Assembly: GCA_044892525.1 (NCBI GenBank)
Contig: CM097885.1
Coordinates: 94,736,001 to 94,800,000 of the forward strand
Direction of reading: 5' to 3'
DNA length: 64,000 nt
Origin: Schmidtea polychroa
Lineage: Eukaryota
Every line of letters begins with the position of its first letter. The stretch's first letter is position 1. A program made the translations under genes and the position numbers. The notes under the pieces are model-generated. The model worked only from the letters and a program-made list of their open reading frames with translations, did no database searches and was not told where the DNA came from. Positions 49,111 to 62,437 of the stretch are shown in pieces.

Positions 49111-50374
49111 TCACAATATGGTAAGTTTTGGGTCGTTATGCATATAGGGCATATAAAGTATATAAAGAGAATAACCGTTCTTCATTAATAATACAACCAA
49201 TATGTCAATACTTTTTACTGAATTTTTAAAAGTAGAAGACCATGCACGATAAATCAACCCCTTCACCATATTTCTTTTATACTTGAATTCACAAAAACTT
49301 TCGGAAGAAGTATAGAGACCAGTATCAGTTAGTTTTTTCTGTCTCATAGTGTTTCTCTTTGCGTTGTATTAACAGATCCAAGAAAGCAAGCGATGATTTT
49401 TTCTCCGTTTCACATGTGAATGCAATGTTTTATGTAGACTATTCGTATAATGCAAAAACGGGTCAACATGCCTCTGATTTTCAAATATAAGAAAAATATC
49501 ATCCACATACCGTTTATAAACAGTGGGTTTCATACCGTGGAAAGATGCAATTTTCTTTTCTAAGCTTGTTAATAAAATTGAAGCCATCGTTGGTGCTAAA
49601 GGAGAACCCATAGCAACTCCATCTATTTGTTGATACCATTCATTATTGAAAAGAACATTGATTTTTGAAGTTGCAAATACAAGAAGTTCACGAAATACTG
49701 TCTATCCAAAATATGATGTTCAGAAATATTTTCATTCCATAAAAAGCAACATAATTCAATTGTTTCAACCAATTAGTAAACCAATTAGTAAACAGACTGC
49801 AAACATCAAACGAAACCATAATTTCATCCATACTTTGTCTATCATATTGTGCAATGCAGGAAACAAATTCAAAACTATCTTTACATTCAAATTCTGATCG
49901 TATTAATGGTTTCAATAATCCATTCAAAAATTTGGCTATTTTATACTGGGCAGTGCCAATCATGAATAAAACAGGTCTCATAGGCACGCCATCTTTATGG
50001 ATTTTTGGAAGCCCATACATTTTTGCTGGTTGTGATCCCATTGGGCGAATAGATTTAAACAACTCTTCATCAATTTGCTTATTTTTAATTAATTTATTCA
50101 GTATTTCTTTCAACAAATCCTCATCCTTAACAGCAGGCTGTATTCCATTTTTTCGAGAAATCTCTATTTCCACCAACTAGGGAGCATTCAAAACATCATT
50201 AAGCTTATTTACATATACATCGTGGTCGAGAATTACCAATCCATTTCCTTTGTCAAACTTGTATATATTGATGTCTTTTTTAGCTAAATTTTTTAATACA
50301 GTAAAATCTTTAATATCAATATACTCCATCGTACTCGACACACTCTTCACATAATTAGTATTAATATCCTTCAT
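49111..50374 (-). pseudogene. Penelope-like retroelement RT relic (frameshifted, GIY-YIG missing)
   Basis: DKGNGLVILD; MYGLPKIHK..PMRP..GTAQYKIAKFL; SFDVCSLFTN; MGSPLAP; YKRYVDDIF; KLTDTGLY. Confidence 0.9.
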
Positions 50375-50642
50375 CGATCTAAGTATATGAAAGTATATGG
50401 AATTTTTTTTTAAATAGGTTTTTTTATATTGTATGTATTGATTGTTGTATTAAATTAAATAATTAATAAAAATTTTTTAAATTATTAAATTAAATTTTAA
50501 ATGCTAAAATTTTAAAAAAATAATATATTAATTTAAGTATAATTTTTTTTAGAATAATTATTGTTTTTATAAAATAAAAAAGAATTTTATATATAATTAA
50601 TAAATTTGTTTAAAATCCTTAATTTAATGAGTTATTATATCC

Positions 50643-50681
50643 CACCTGATGATGACAGGAAAACTGTCGAAATATATCGTG
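50643..50681 (+). ncRNA. Degenerate minimal type I hammerhead ribozyme
   Basis: CAC-CTGATGA-T-GACAG(GAAAA)CTGTC-GAAA-TATA-TC^GTG; stem I only 3 bp; extra U after A9. Confidence 0.6.
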
Positions 50682-51699
50682 AAAAGAATGTTTGATTATA
50701 ATATATATAATATATATATAAGAAAAATTTAGATTTTTGTGGTATTACTTCAAATTTTCTACTCTATTAACTGATGTCGTTTAAAGTTCTTCTACAACTT
50801 TACTCTTTTTCTAAAATACTAACTAATTTTAAAAAATGCTCTAATTTCGTTTGACAGAAACTAAATTACGATAAACCTAAATGAATATAATTACAGTTTT
50901 CAAAACTCCTACAATCTTGACATTACTGACAGTGAGATCAAGTAAATGATTGCGGGAGAAAATCCGTATCTATTTAAAATTTTTTATTTCGTTTATTGTT
51001 CAGCTGTTTCAATATTGTTTACGGCTTATTATCTGGATCTAAGTAACCTTGATATTGTTCGAATTTTACTTGATAACCTTTTATCACTACTACCTCTCCT
51101 TCTCCTATACCTGTTTTGTCTACTGACTTTATTTTGCCTACTGTATATACTTAAATATATATAAACCTTAAATTAATAATTTTAAATTTAATTATATCTA
51201 CAATCGGACAGTGCTCAGCATTCAACAAGTTTCTAAGAAAATTAGAAAAATAAAGAGTCAGATTATTTCGACAATTATTATTGACAATTTAACCTTTGTC
51301 TATTTCTCGTTACGTTTCTTTTTTCGAATTCTCTTGTTGTTACCAGGTCTCATTTTCCTCAAAAATCATTTGCTTGCATTACAGTAATTCCTTCTTCAAA
51401 TCATGGCCTGCCAGAATTATTCTTGCTGTCATTTGATGAACCTTCCTCGATTTTTCGTATTGGTCATCTTTATTTCTTGCCATTTTCCCTGTGATCCCGT
51501 GGATTTGCTTCTCAGTTTTTTAGTTTTTCCCAGGGAGTTTTCCCCATATACTCGATGAAGTAAATTAACTTCTTTTCGTTTAATTTTTCAACTAATTCTT
51601 TAATTCAAATCTTCTCCAACAATTATCCTTCACAATTAATTTCTTTACAATTTTTTTCGCACTTGTTTCTCTAACAACGCTTCGTCCGACTTATCAAAA

Positions 51700-52228
51700 T
51701 TTTCTCCAATAATTTTGTCTCTCAAACTGTCTCTCAAATCGTCTCACAAATTGTCTCCCACTTTTCCAAATTTTGTTCTCCTTTCGTATCCACCAGTTTT
51801 CCTTTATATTGTTATTTTGTTTATGGCACTGGCGACAGATTTTGTTTTCCCCTTTCCATTTTCTTCTGCGTTCCCTGCTATATCAGCCTTATCTCTGACA
51901 GATGTCGAGATATTTTTTCTTTTCCCTTTTTTATTTAATCGCCTGATCACAGTAATACTGTTATCACTGGAAAGCTAAGGATATTGTTATTTTCCTTTTC
52001 CCCCGATTTCAAAATTCCTTTTCCTTTTTGTACTAATTAATTAGTACTGACCTTGGTTTTTATTTTCATGTTTGATTCCTTTTGTTTCCTTCCTCTTCCT
52101 CATTTCTCATTTCTTTTTGCTTCCGCTTTCTTTTCTGAGTACCCATAGATCATCCCGTTTGTCATGACGATCTTCCCCCAGGTAATTTATTTATTTATTA
52201 TGTTATTTCCATTTAGGTATCCTCAACA
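51700..52228 (-). mobile_element. Partial LTR homologous to 17880-18408
   Basis: Shared blocks ccaccagtttt.., gatttcaaaattccttttcctttttgtactaattaat, cccgtttgtcatg..cttcccccaggtaattt, ending atttaggtatcctcaaca; other end not located. Confidence 0.75.
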
Positions 52229-53077
52229 GATTTCTTTCTATGGACAATATGTAGAAATGTAATTGGGTACATCGATAATGTGAAATAAAGTTATTTTGTA
52301 AAAGTCCTTTGCTTTTTGCTTCATAGCTGTTGTAAAAAGTAAGAATGATTTAACTCAGTTAAAAATCTGAAGATCATATATTTACTTTTCTAGCTTGTCG
52401 ATTGTAGACCTGACATTGGTTTAGAGTTTGGTCTGCTTGTTTAAAATAAAATGAAACAGAAAATGTCATTTTCTAATGAATTTTTTTATCACTTTATTTC
52501 AAATAGCATTTCTAAGTATTTGTTCACTCTACTTTAAACAAATTACAAGAATCAGTGTTTAGATTGTTGGAAAATGTGAGATCGTCAATCGTGAATATTT
52601 GTTTGATATTAGTTATATTAGTTTGATATTTAGTTTGATGAGTTATTTTTTATTTAACAATAGATTTACGGATTGACCCAATTTGATTGATTTAAAATTC
52701 TATTGCTACATACATATATATATATAATACCGATTTATTATTTTTTCAATATATATTTATTGGTTTTTAGATACGTCATGAAATATAGGTAAATATTAAA
52801 TACTCTCCTCTACCGACTCCTTCATTTCGAATTAGGTATGCCTATTTTACGGCTATTTTTACCCGTAAATCTAGTGTAAACTTAAATTAACAAGTTTGGT
52901 CTTATTCTTAACATTGGGAATATGTAGTGATATGTTAGTTTCTGAAAGAAAATTATTCTTCTTAAGTGTATTTTTATTTTTAAATTTAACTTGTTTTTAT
53001 TATCAAATTTATTCAGTGTACCTTATTAATAAAATTGGTATATAAACAAATAATAAATAAGACAATAAACAGTGAAA

Positions 53078-54905
53078 TTAACTTTGACAATATGACACAA
53101 CATTTTCATCTTCTGGGATCAGAATTTCTTTATCTATCATATTCACAACCCATCCCGGTTCCAAATCGTAAAATATTTGTCTAGGATCTTTTTGTATATT
53201 CAATAACTCATCCTCTTCACTGATTTCCTGGTTTTCATAGCCATATTTCTGGGCTAATTTATGTCGTTCAAATTTTAATTGTGATCTGTCACATAAATAC
53301 CCTCGATTTGCTGCCGATGAATAATAATCGATTGCATCCTAAATTTCATAAGTTTAGATGAAAAATAAAAGGTCACAAAAATCTTTCGATTTTGTTAGCG
53401 ACAGATTAGTGGTTGCGCAAATTTACTAAAAATCAATTAATTGAATTGCAAGAGCAAAGATCAATGTTATGTCAGAAAGCAAAAAAAAATTGAAAAAATT
53501 TGAAAAAACTTATTCTTAGCCCACATAGTTGAAGCGTGATCGGAATGCGTCGGAAAATGACAAGGAGAGAACAGTAAGTAAAGTTAAACTAAAAATATGT
53601 TGAAACAACAAGTAATCATATCTAAAAGAATTTACATAGCATCAAAATGATAAACATAAAAGTAAAGCAAAAATGAAACAAAAGCAAGAAGTATGACACG
53701 AAAATTAACTCAAACACAAAATACACACAACAGAAGCAAATGTGAATTAATAGCGATAGGATAAAGTAGGAATGAAAATATGAAGATTTCCACAAAATAT
53801 CATCAGAAAATTGAGTTGAGAATCAAATTAGAACAGAAATGACCAGAAAACTAGAAAATTCTATGAAAATGGCGAGATCTATCATGGCCGCCATGAAGCT
53901 AGTGAATGTTTAGTATAAAAGTATTATAAAAATTTGTTAACTAAATTATAAAAAAATCAAAATGAAATAACATAAGAGTTAAAAGAAAGTAGAATCATAT
54001 TAAAATTCTGGAAAACAGCATATAATATTCTAGAAATGCCTATATCCATCATGGCGGTGAAATTAATTAAAAATAAATAAAATATAAAAAATAGGAAATT
54101 AATAAAATAATAAATTATAAGATATCGCAAGCAAAATCGATAAAAATTAAAATTCAAAATTAGATAGAATTAAAATTATAAGGATTCTCATCCGTTATAA
54201 CATTAATATCTGTTTGCAAATCACTAAATAATTCCATAAATTTTATTCAATAAATTTTACACTCAAAAACTTGTCTTTCTTATGTTTGTTATTTAAACAA
54301 ATTTCAATTTTCCTTTTAAAATATGTTTCAATAAAAATATTTTTTTTTAATTTAACAAAATTTCTAATTAAATCTTTAAGAATCTATCAACTTCCTCATA
54401 AAAATAATTCAAATTTTTTTACGGAATCAATGCACATACTCGCACACCAAAATAAGACCATATATTAAGACTATATATAAAATTGCCATTTGCCTACGAC
54501 ATATATACTCCGAGTTTATCCGACAAAATATTCTGTCCCCCTATGGGTATTAATCGTAAGGGTACTGCTCACGCTCAACAACTCACAAGGGTATCTTTAT
54601 AACCTCGAAATTAATAACATTAGAATTATTTGCCCAACAAAGATTTAGCCAAATGGCTTTTGCCTAGGCAAATGCTATTCTACTAGTCAAATGGAAATGA
54701 AATAATATCTAAAGCTATTTGACCAGGCATTTGCCTAGCCAAATGTTATTTTCCTAAAATTACCATTTGCCTACGACATATATATATATATACATTTTGA
54801 GTTTTAAGAACCGGAATAGATTGTGAATTTCTAATAATTTTTTGTGAAGGTAATATGTCTGTAATATGGGTGCATCTTTGTATTTAATTTTATTGTATTT
54901 TACAG

Positions 54906-54970
<65 letters not shown>

Positions 54971-57900
54971 ATTTTCTGTTTTTGTTTTTCTAAAAATTGA
55001 AATCATTTTTGTCTAAAATTGTATATTGTTTTTTGGTCCATAGCCACTACACCACGCAGCAAGTCATCAAAATGAATACAAAGTCTAACTAATGAGGAGT
55101 GAAGCAGTTCTACTGCCCCGTTTAACGGATAACTTCTTGTGCAGTGTAGACTTTTGCAACTGAAAGGCGGAATGCCCTAACGCCTTGTTGTCTAAAACTG
55201 TAAAATTCGCGCGTTCTGTACCATGCTGGCGATTGGTAAGACCAGTAACCGTGGAACGTCAAACAGCAGAGTTAATTAATATAGAAGGTCGGGAGTTACG
55301 TCGAGCTTTTTAGTTCGATCGTGATTCTAAAGATCTTATCACACAATACTAAAGGTTCGTCACAACTTTTCATTTTATCGTAATAGTACTGATTTATAGA
55401 TCATGCATATAACACAAATAAACTCAGCATCCAATCTATACTAAGACCTAATACCCGTTCAAATTTCAAAAGTTATCATCGAGATTTAGAAATAAGCTTT
55501 TGAACAAGTATATCCCTACCCGAGAGTTCAAAAACTCACGGTGAAAAATGTGATCATACGAAACGTAGGTGAAAGTTTAAAACGAAATTATGAGAGTGGA
55601 TCCTTGCGGAAATTTGTGAAGCAATAAAACAACGATACATTTATTAGAAATATTAAACGTAAGATTAGGAACAACTAAAATAACCATCACAGGATAAAGT
55701 ACGGACAATTCAGCTCGAAGCATCTGGGAAGAAGACCCCATTATTTTAAAAACTTTTACTAGTGAGAACTTAGGGCCAGTGAGTAAGTAGTTAGTGGTCC
55801 TCGACAGCACGGCCATCCAGTACCATTAGAAATTGTTTTATTGCTGCAGGGGGTAGTGGCTGTGAATCGGAAATGAAACTGCTCCAGATGGGTAATTTCT
55901 AATTACATCACATTTTTGCACAATAGCATGTGGGATCTCTTCGGTCCATGGGGTTTTCTCGATTAAAAAGCCTGTGTTGCAGTGGGCCACAGGGTATTAT
56001 TTCAAATTTACACTATAGTCAGTGGGCCTCAATAATTTTGTACATGAAATCCCAGGATTTTTTGTATATACAAAATCCGATTGTCACTAAAAAGCCGAGG
56101 TATTTCAAGGGCTCTAGATTTTTTTGTACATGAATTTATGATAAGTTATTTAGAAGAATCGATGGACACGTGAAATTTCGGTAATAATTTTAAGTTAAAT
56201 TAGGGCAAATAAATATTTAGACATTAAAGTGATAATTTAAAATTAAGTATATTAGTGTAATATTTAAAAAGTAATAGATTTTGAAGAATCGACCCACTGA
56301 CTAGAGTGTGACAAAATGTGATGTAATTAGAAATTACCCATCTGGAGCTGTCTCATTACCGATTTACAGAAACTATTTCTCTGCTTTCTATGGGGTACCG
56401 AATAGTCGTGCTGCAGAGGGCTACTAACTACCTACCCCAGTGCGTGATTGCGCAAGGACTCCTATAAATCTTGCACATGACCATAAATATTCCCTTCATC
56501 AATCAGAAATGTAGTATTAAGTGATAGGCCAACAATAATCGATTTAGCGTGTTCAGAAATTAGGAATGGGCAAAGCGTAAGTTTAGAAATCTATTAGTAT
56601 AAATCAAATTATACCATAAAAGTTTTATTCTTATGAATGGGGAGAAGTAACAGAAGAACTAACTCACGCCCAAATTACCCTATAATGTTAAAATATAGCA
56701 GGACATGATTAAAAAGTAAATCACACAGAAAGAAAGAAGCGATAAGGAAATCCGTGTTGAAATCTATTTTTACAATTAATCCCAAAAGAGATGATGCAAC
56801 TAGATCATTGTGGGATTTACTCGTTTCTTGAGATGCTAAATTAAACCTACTATTTGGATGAATAAAAGTTAGTGAACTTTCTTAATTATCAGAGTAGCAT
56901 TTGATGTAGAATGAAGTTTTTATGGGGGGGAGTGGAATCTTCCACCTACCTTAGGTGGTCAACACTTTTAGAATTATGTTCACCTGCTTATACAACACTC
57001 GACAACATATAATTCGATGATTCTTAGTGATCGACCTATAATGAACCCTAATTATGAATAACCATACACATTCTTTCGAAAAATATGAAGAGTAATACAT
57101 TGGTGGGCGGTATGTGAACACCGGGAGCAGATGTGTCGAAACAGGCAAAGTTGTATGGTCCAGTCAATAACCATGGGTGCCCCGTTAGTGGGGATAAGTT
57201 TGGGGAGTTAAATTCAATTTCAGCATACATCGGGTAATATGTCGTATGGTTTGCGTGTTATTCTGTTGACGGCGTCGCGTGTTTTTGTATATATAATTGG
57301 TAATTTTTAATTGTTAAATTTTTAAACTTAAAAATAATTTATATAATTGAATTTTGGTTTATTCATTTTATTAAAAATACGGAATATAAAATTTTAAATA
57401 TTTTATATGGAATAATTTTTTTATCATTGATGTTAGAAAATTACTATAAAGTCTTATGAAAATAAAAATTTAAATACAAATTAATTCAATTTATAAAAAA
57501 ATGTAAACAAAAAATGTAATAGAATAATTTTAATAATAATTAAAAGAGGAAATTCACTCACTAACGGGGGTAATTTGGATTTTGGAATTGGTAGACCGGA
57601 ATAAAAAAATTCTTGTGGGTTTGATTTAACGTGAACACTATATAAATCGTAATAGCGAGTGGTTATAACTCCACCAGCTCTTTCAACTGCCGCTATTGCA
57701 GCTTCAGACGCATATTGCATTTCTATGTTAACTTTAGCGGAAAATAATTCACCTCCCTATAAAATAGTAAAAAAAACTATTTTTCATTGTTTATTACTTC
57801 TTCCGTTAAGTGAAACCCGTATTGCTTTTGTAATTTGATATCAAATTTCACCAGATGTGTATTGCAAATACTGCTTAGATCAATTGGATATCTAGCATCA

Positions 57901-58288
57901 ATTCTACCCATATCAATAAATCTTTGGATATCTAGCAATGATATTCTAGGTAATTGACGCTTAAAACTAATATCAGTTAATACAACTAAAAAAGAAAAAG
58001 TTGTACTAATGTTTTTCATAGGGGTTATCCACAGAAACCTTCAGATACCATGGCAAACGATTTCCTTCAAGGCCTATAGATGGCCAATTTTGGAATTGCC
58101 CATAACCTCTATGTCCTAATCCACGTTTTTTAGATCTAAGTTCTTCAAATGGCTGAAAAGTAAATACGTCAAATTCTAAAACTTGTTTAATTTATAGTTA
58201 CTGGTGGGAAATGATTTTTAAAAACGCTAGTATTTTTTAATGATAGTTTAGGTAATGTTCTAATAAGTTTAAGAGCTTTATCATTCAT
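53078..58288 (-). CDS. MRPL15: Mitochondrial ribosomal protein uL15m; exons 58288-58202, 58152-58007, 57966-57798, 57756-57562, 53338-53078 (285 aa)
   Basis: All GT-AG junctions keep frame. Product includes KALKLIRTLPKLSL, GLGHRG..GLEG, RFIDMGRID..PIDL, AKVNIEMQYASEAAIAAVERAGG, NRGYL..LAQKYGY, KDPRQIFYDLEPGWVVNM. Confidence 0.93.
54909..54967. repeat. (TA)n microsatellite in MRPL15 intron 4
   Basis: Directly visible. Confidence 0.95.
55782..56436. mobile_element. 655-bp non-coding element with ~150-bp TIRs and 6-bp TSD (putative mini-Polinton)
   Basis: AGTAAGTAGTTAG...CTAACTACCTACC; perfect TSD CCAGTG (55776-81 / 56437-42); TIR includes perfect block GCTCCAGATGGGTAATTTCTAATTACATCACATTTT. 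Confidence 0.75.
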
Positions 58289-58805
58289 TTAAATTATTAT
58301 AATTAGCATTAATTAAACAAACAGCATTTTACATAGTATATTTTATTGACTTATTTGTGTTCAAATAAAAATAATAATCATTTTACTAAACACTTAATAA
58401 ACTTTAAATTGTAATAACAAATTTTGATTAAAATGATAATGATATAAAATTAAGTAATAAATTAAGTAGTAATATAATAAATATAATAATTGAAATTGTT
58501 ATAATTTAATTAGATAATTCTATAGGTGTATACAGTCACAACGAGCTAGATACGTTCTCAGAAAAAGCCGCGTAAAAAGAAATCTCGTTGCAAGAGATAT
58601 CAACTTTGTAGAAAATATAGAGGCCTATTCCAAATAAGAACCAGTGTGTTTACGGTTTAAACAAAATCTTAATTGGTCGATATTCAAAATATAATCCGAA
58701 TTGCATACTATTCAATAAATTTATATTTAAATTTAACATAATCCATGTAAAAAAGAATGATTACGTCTCCTAAAAACTAAATTTGTTTGCTGAATTGGGA
58801 ATTCC

Positions 58806-59497
58806 TGTTACGATATACAAATATCGCGTTGTAAGAAAAAGAAATTCGATGGCTTACTTGAAAAAGAGAGGAAAAGGCATGGGAAAGCCGAGAGATGGGA
58901 TTGTCAAAAAATACATATAACTCGGAAGTTGTCAGAGATTACGGAATGTCAATGGAACAGTTGGAAAGAGGAATGGATTATCAGTAAGTACCATCAGATG
59001 GAAAGGTATAAAAACTGAACACAAATTAAGAAAGACGAGAGAAAATTTGCGACGAAAAGATAGAAAATTTGTTAGAAAGAAATTTTTAAGAAATTTGAAT
59101 TTACGAGGAGAATAAAATTAAGTGTTGAGAATCAGGAAACAGTTGGAAGAAACTTGAGTATTGAATTGCTGAATCAGAGGTAGTTGTGAAACTCAAATTA
59201 AAATTTTAAACCAATCAGATCAATTTGCGAATCGACCATTATCGGCAGTAGTCAAGTAGTTGTGTTCTTAGAGTATTGTCATTGTTGTGCCTATTCATCC
59301 GGAGCGTTGTAATAACCATTTGAAACATTTAAGGAGCGATAAAAATTGTTATCGTTGAATTCTTTTTAATCAATTGTGATAATAAATAAAGTTTTACGTC
59401 GTTGGGATTTGTCATTGTCGTTATTAAATAACACGCTTGGAGTCAGATCAGTGATTGGCAGCTTAATAATCACCGACCAACTACCATATTCCCAAAA
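58806..59497 (+). mobile_element. Degenerate LTR, probably of the CCCAACA family (boundaries uncertain)
   Basis: Purine-rich body; AATAAAG...CGTTGGG and GGAGTCAGA motifs in the same order as in the 3' ends of 41334, 47873 and 61452; no TSD found. Confidence 0.4.
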
Positions 59498-61451
59498 AAA
59501 TTGTTCAATAGATCCAGGCGATAAATGTATACATTTGATTTTAGGTATACCCAGAGGGAAAAATGACATGGATTCAATTCAGGAGATCGGGCCGGCAACT
59601 GAAATCATTTTGGAACGAAATTAGATGACCCAGGAATATTTCCCTCGAAATTTTAATTGTGTTGGGCTAGAACCGAAGATTGAGAGTTTGTTTTAATGAA
59701 TCGAAAATACATAACATAAAATACGCACCAAGTTGAATTAAAATCCATGATCATACACCAAATAATACAAAATATAGTACATAACACATTGAGAATAAAT
59801 AAAACATGTATAGTAAAATCAAGAAACACAAAAAAATAGAATCACCGACACAGTTAAGAGAAATATCGCATTTAGGAAACCTGTCAACTAGAAAATAAAA
59901 TAATAATAAAAAAAATAATTGATAATAAATTAATTAATAATATGAAAAGAAATGTTAAGAAGGATTATTGGTCGTATTTACATACGAAGGACCATAATCA
60001 AATTAAATAGGAATGTAATGGCTCGTATTTACATACAAAGGAGCTGTGACAATGAGTGCATACTTTGAGAAAGGGAACAGGAAAATTTCATTTAAAAATT
60101 AAATGAAATAAAATAAAGAAATAAATACATTTAAAAATTGAAAGTAAAGAAATTCCAGTAGAACTGATAAAATAATAAAAATTAAAATAAAATTTGTTAA
60201 CATTATGTAATTTATAAAGTTTATAGAATTAAATGGGTAAAATTAATGAAAATTAAAATAAAATTACCTTATTAATTATTTAAATTATAATGTATAAAAA
60301 ATTAAATTGTTGAAATTAATAAAAATTAAATAAATTAATTAATTAAATCAATTAAATTAAAAATAAATAATATACACACTCATGCATGCATCGAAAGTAA
60401 TTCAAATGTTAGTGCATTCTGATTGGATCTAGTGAAGAGAAAGCATGGATGCACAGTCAAAATCAGTATAAATACTTATTGAAAATTCAGTTAAACAACA
60501 CAACAACAACTGGTTTTTCAACTTAAATTTATAACTTTTTTTGATTTTGATATTGTAACCTGCTCTCAATTTTCGGTTTATGCCATCGTGGTATTGGATT
60601 TGGTAATTTTATTTTAATGTATAATTTTTATGTAATGTTTAAGTAATTATGTAATGTTTTGAGTAATTAAAAATTAAATTATTCAATGTTTTATAAGTGA
60701 TATTGTAATAAGGTAAATATTCATAAATATTTTGTAAAACACACTAAAATTTATTAACAGAAACATAAGGGCGGATTCCTGCTAAAATATTTGAAGGTAA
60801 CATTAGCAAACATCCAGAAATGTGGACCACAATGAAATGCATATGTTGGATAATGAGGGTAGGCCCATCGCCACATTTAACCTCAACAAGTACTACAAGA
60901 CGGGGCCTAGAATGTACCGGGTCAACATACATGTCGAAGAAAAACAATAGATCAACATGAAAGGTAAACAATATCAATACAACCCAAAAGTCCAATTCAA
61001 TACAATCCAAAAACAATCAAACGGATATATCTAACTGACAATCATTATCCCTTGTGATTTTATTAACTATACATCTAATTGACAATGTATATATTTTTAT
61101 TATGACAATCATCTAATTTAGTGACAATTCCTATTTTAATTATTGTACTCTTTATTGATATTTTATTTTTGTTGTACAGTTATTTATTAATTTATTTAAT
61201 ATATCTTATACACAATTAATATTTATTTTTACAAAAGGGTAAAAGTAATGGGTATAAAAAAATAATTAATATTTTTTAAGTTAAAAGTTCACAATTCATT
61301 TTAACACAATAGGATATGAAAATATCAATATTTCTAAAATATAACATCTGCCATATGAATAATAAGTCAGAAATAAACATCTGTAAAATAAATTAATATT
61401 AATAGACAATATTATCAACAAATAAGTCAGATATATTATTAAAAATAAATA

Positions 61452-62428
61452 TGTTGAGGTTTGAAAATAAATTATTAAATTATATAGTTCAGATTAAAAG
61501 GAAAGCCGAAATTGAATGGCGGTCAAGCAGAGAAGCAATGGCAAAGAAAGATATGATAAAAACAGAACTATAAAAGGGTACAATCAGACATGAAATGGGA
61601 AAATGCGCAAACCGGAGGAAGTGGAATAAAGTGAAAAGTTATCGAAATTGAAGCTGGAAAACGGGAGAGGGGTAGATTAAGGGATGGTGAAGAAGACAGT
61701 GAGCAAGAAATTGTTAGAAAATGTGTAGAAAGGGTCGTAAAACAGACAAATGTGGAAAAACGTAAAATATTAATTAATTAATTAATTGGCTAATGGGAAA
61801 CCCGAGCTAATGGGAAGCCCGAGTCAATGGAGAACCCGAGCGATGAAGAAAACCCGAGCACGGCAATTTGGAAGGGTAAACAAACGAGGAATTCAGAGGG
61901 CAATTATCCAAACAATCGGATAAACGAGGGTTAACAAAAGACAGGGAATTACGAAGAGGGTCAACAAAAATAGTCAATTAGGGAATGATAGCTGAAGAAG
62001 TCAAAACCAATTAGGTCAAAAATGGGGCAATTACAACGATTATGGGAGTATATAAGGAAACTCAAAATTCACATAATCGGCGATAGCCTTAGGTAGGGAT
62101 ACGAAGAAACAGACGATAGGAGTTCGAGGAATAAAAATAAAAAGGAAAAAGGAATTATAAGAGGAATTTAGGAATCAGAAAGGAATATTAAAAGAGTTCG
62201 GATCAGAGAGCGGAATCAAACAAAAGGTGAAACCTATTTTTTAAATCGTACAAGGCCGAGACCTTCCAGAGCGGAGTTCGATCTGAAATTGTGTAAGAAT
62301 TGTGATTAACCAATAGTGTGATTAATTGTTGAGTTGTGAATTGTTATAAAACAAATATACGTTGGGAGTTTTTGTTTATTGATTTTGGAACACGTGTAGT
62401 CAGAGTAACCAACGGTTGATTTTGATAT
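61452..62428 (+). mobile_element. LTR lacking its final 14 nt, abutting an inverted 36-nt LTR end
   Basis: TGTTGAGG start, AACCCGAG x4 module, TATA-like GTATATAAGG (~62048); collinear with 45281-46265. Confidence 0.88.
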
Positions 62429-62437
62429 TGTTGGGTT

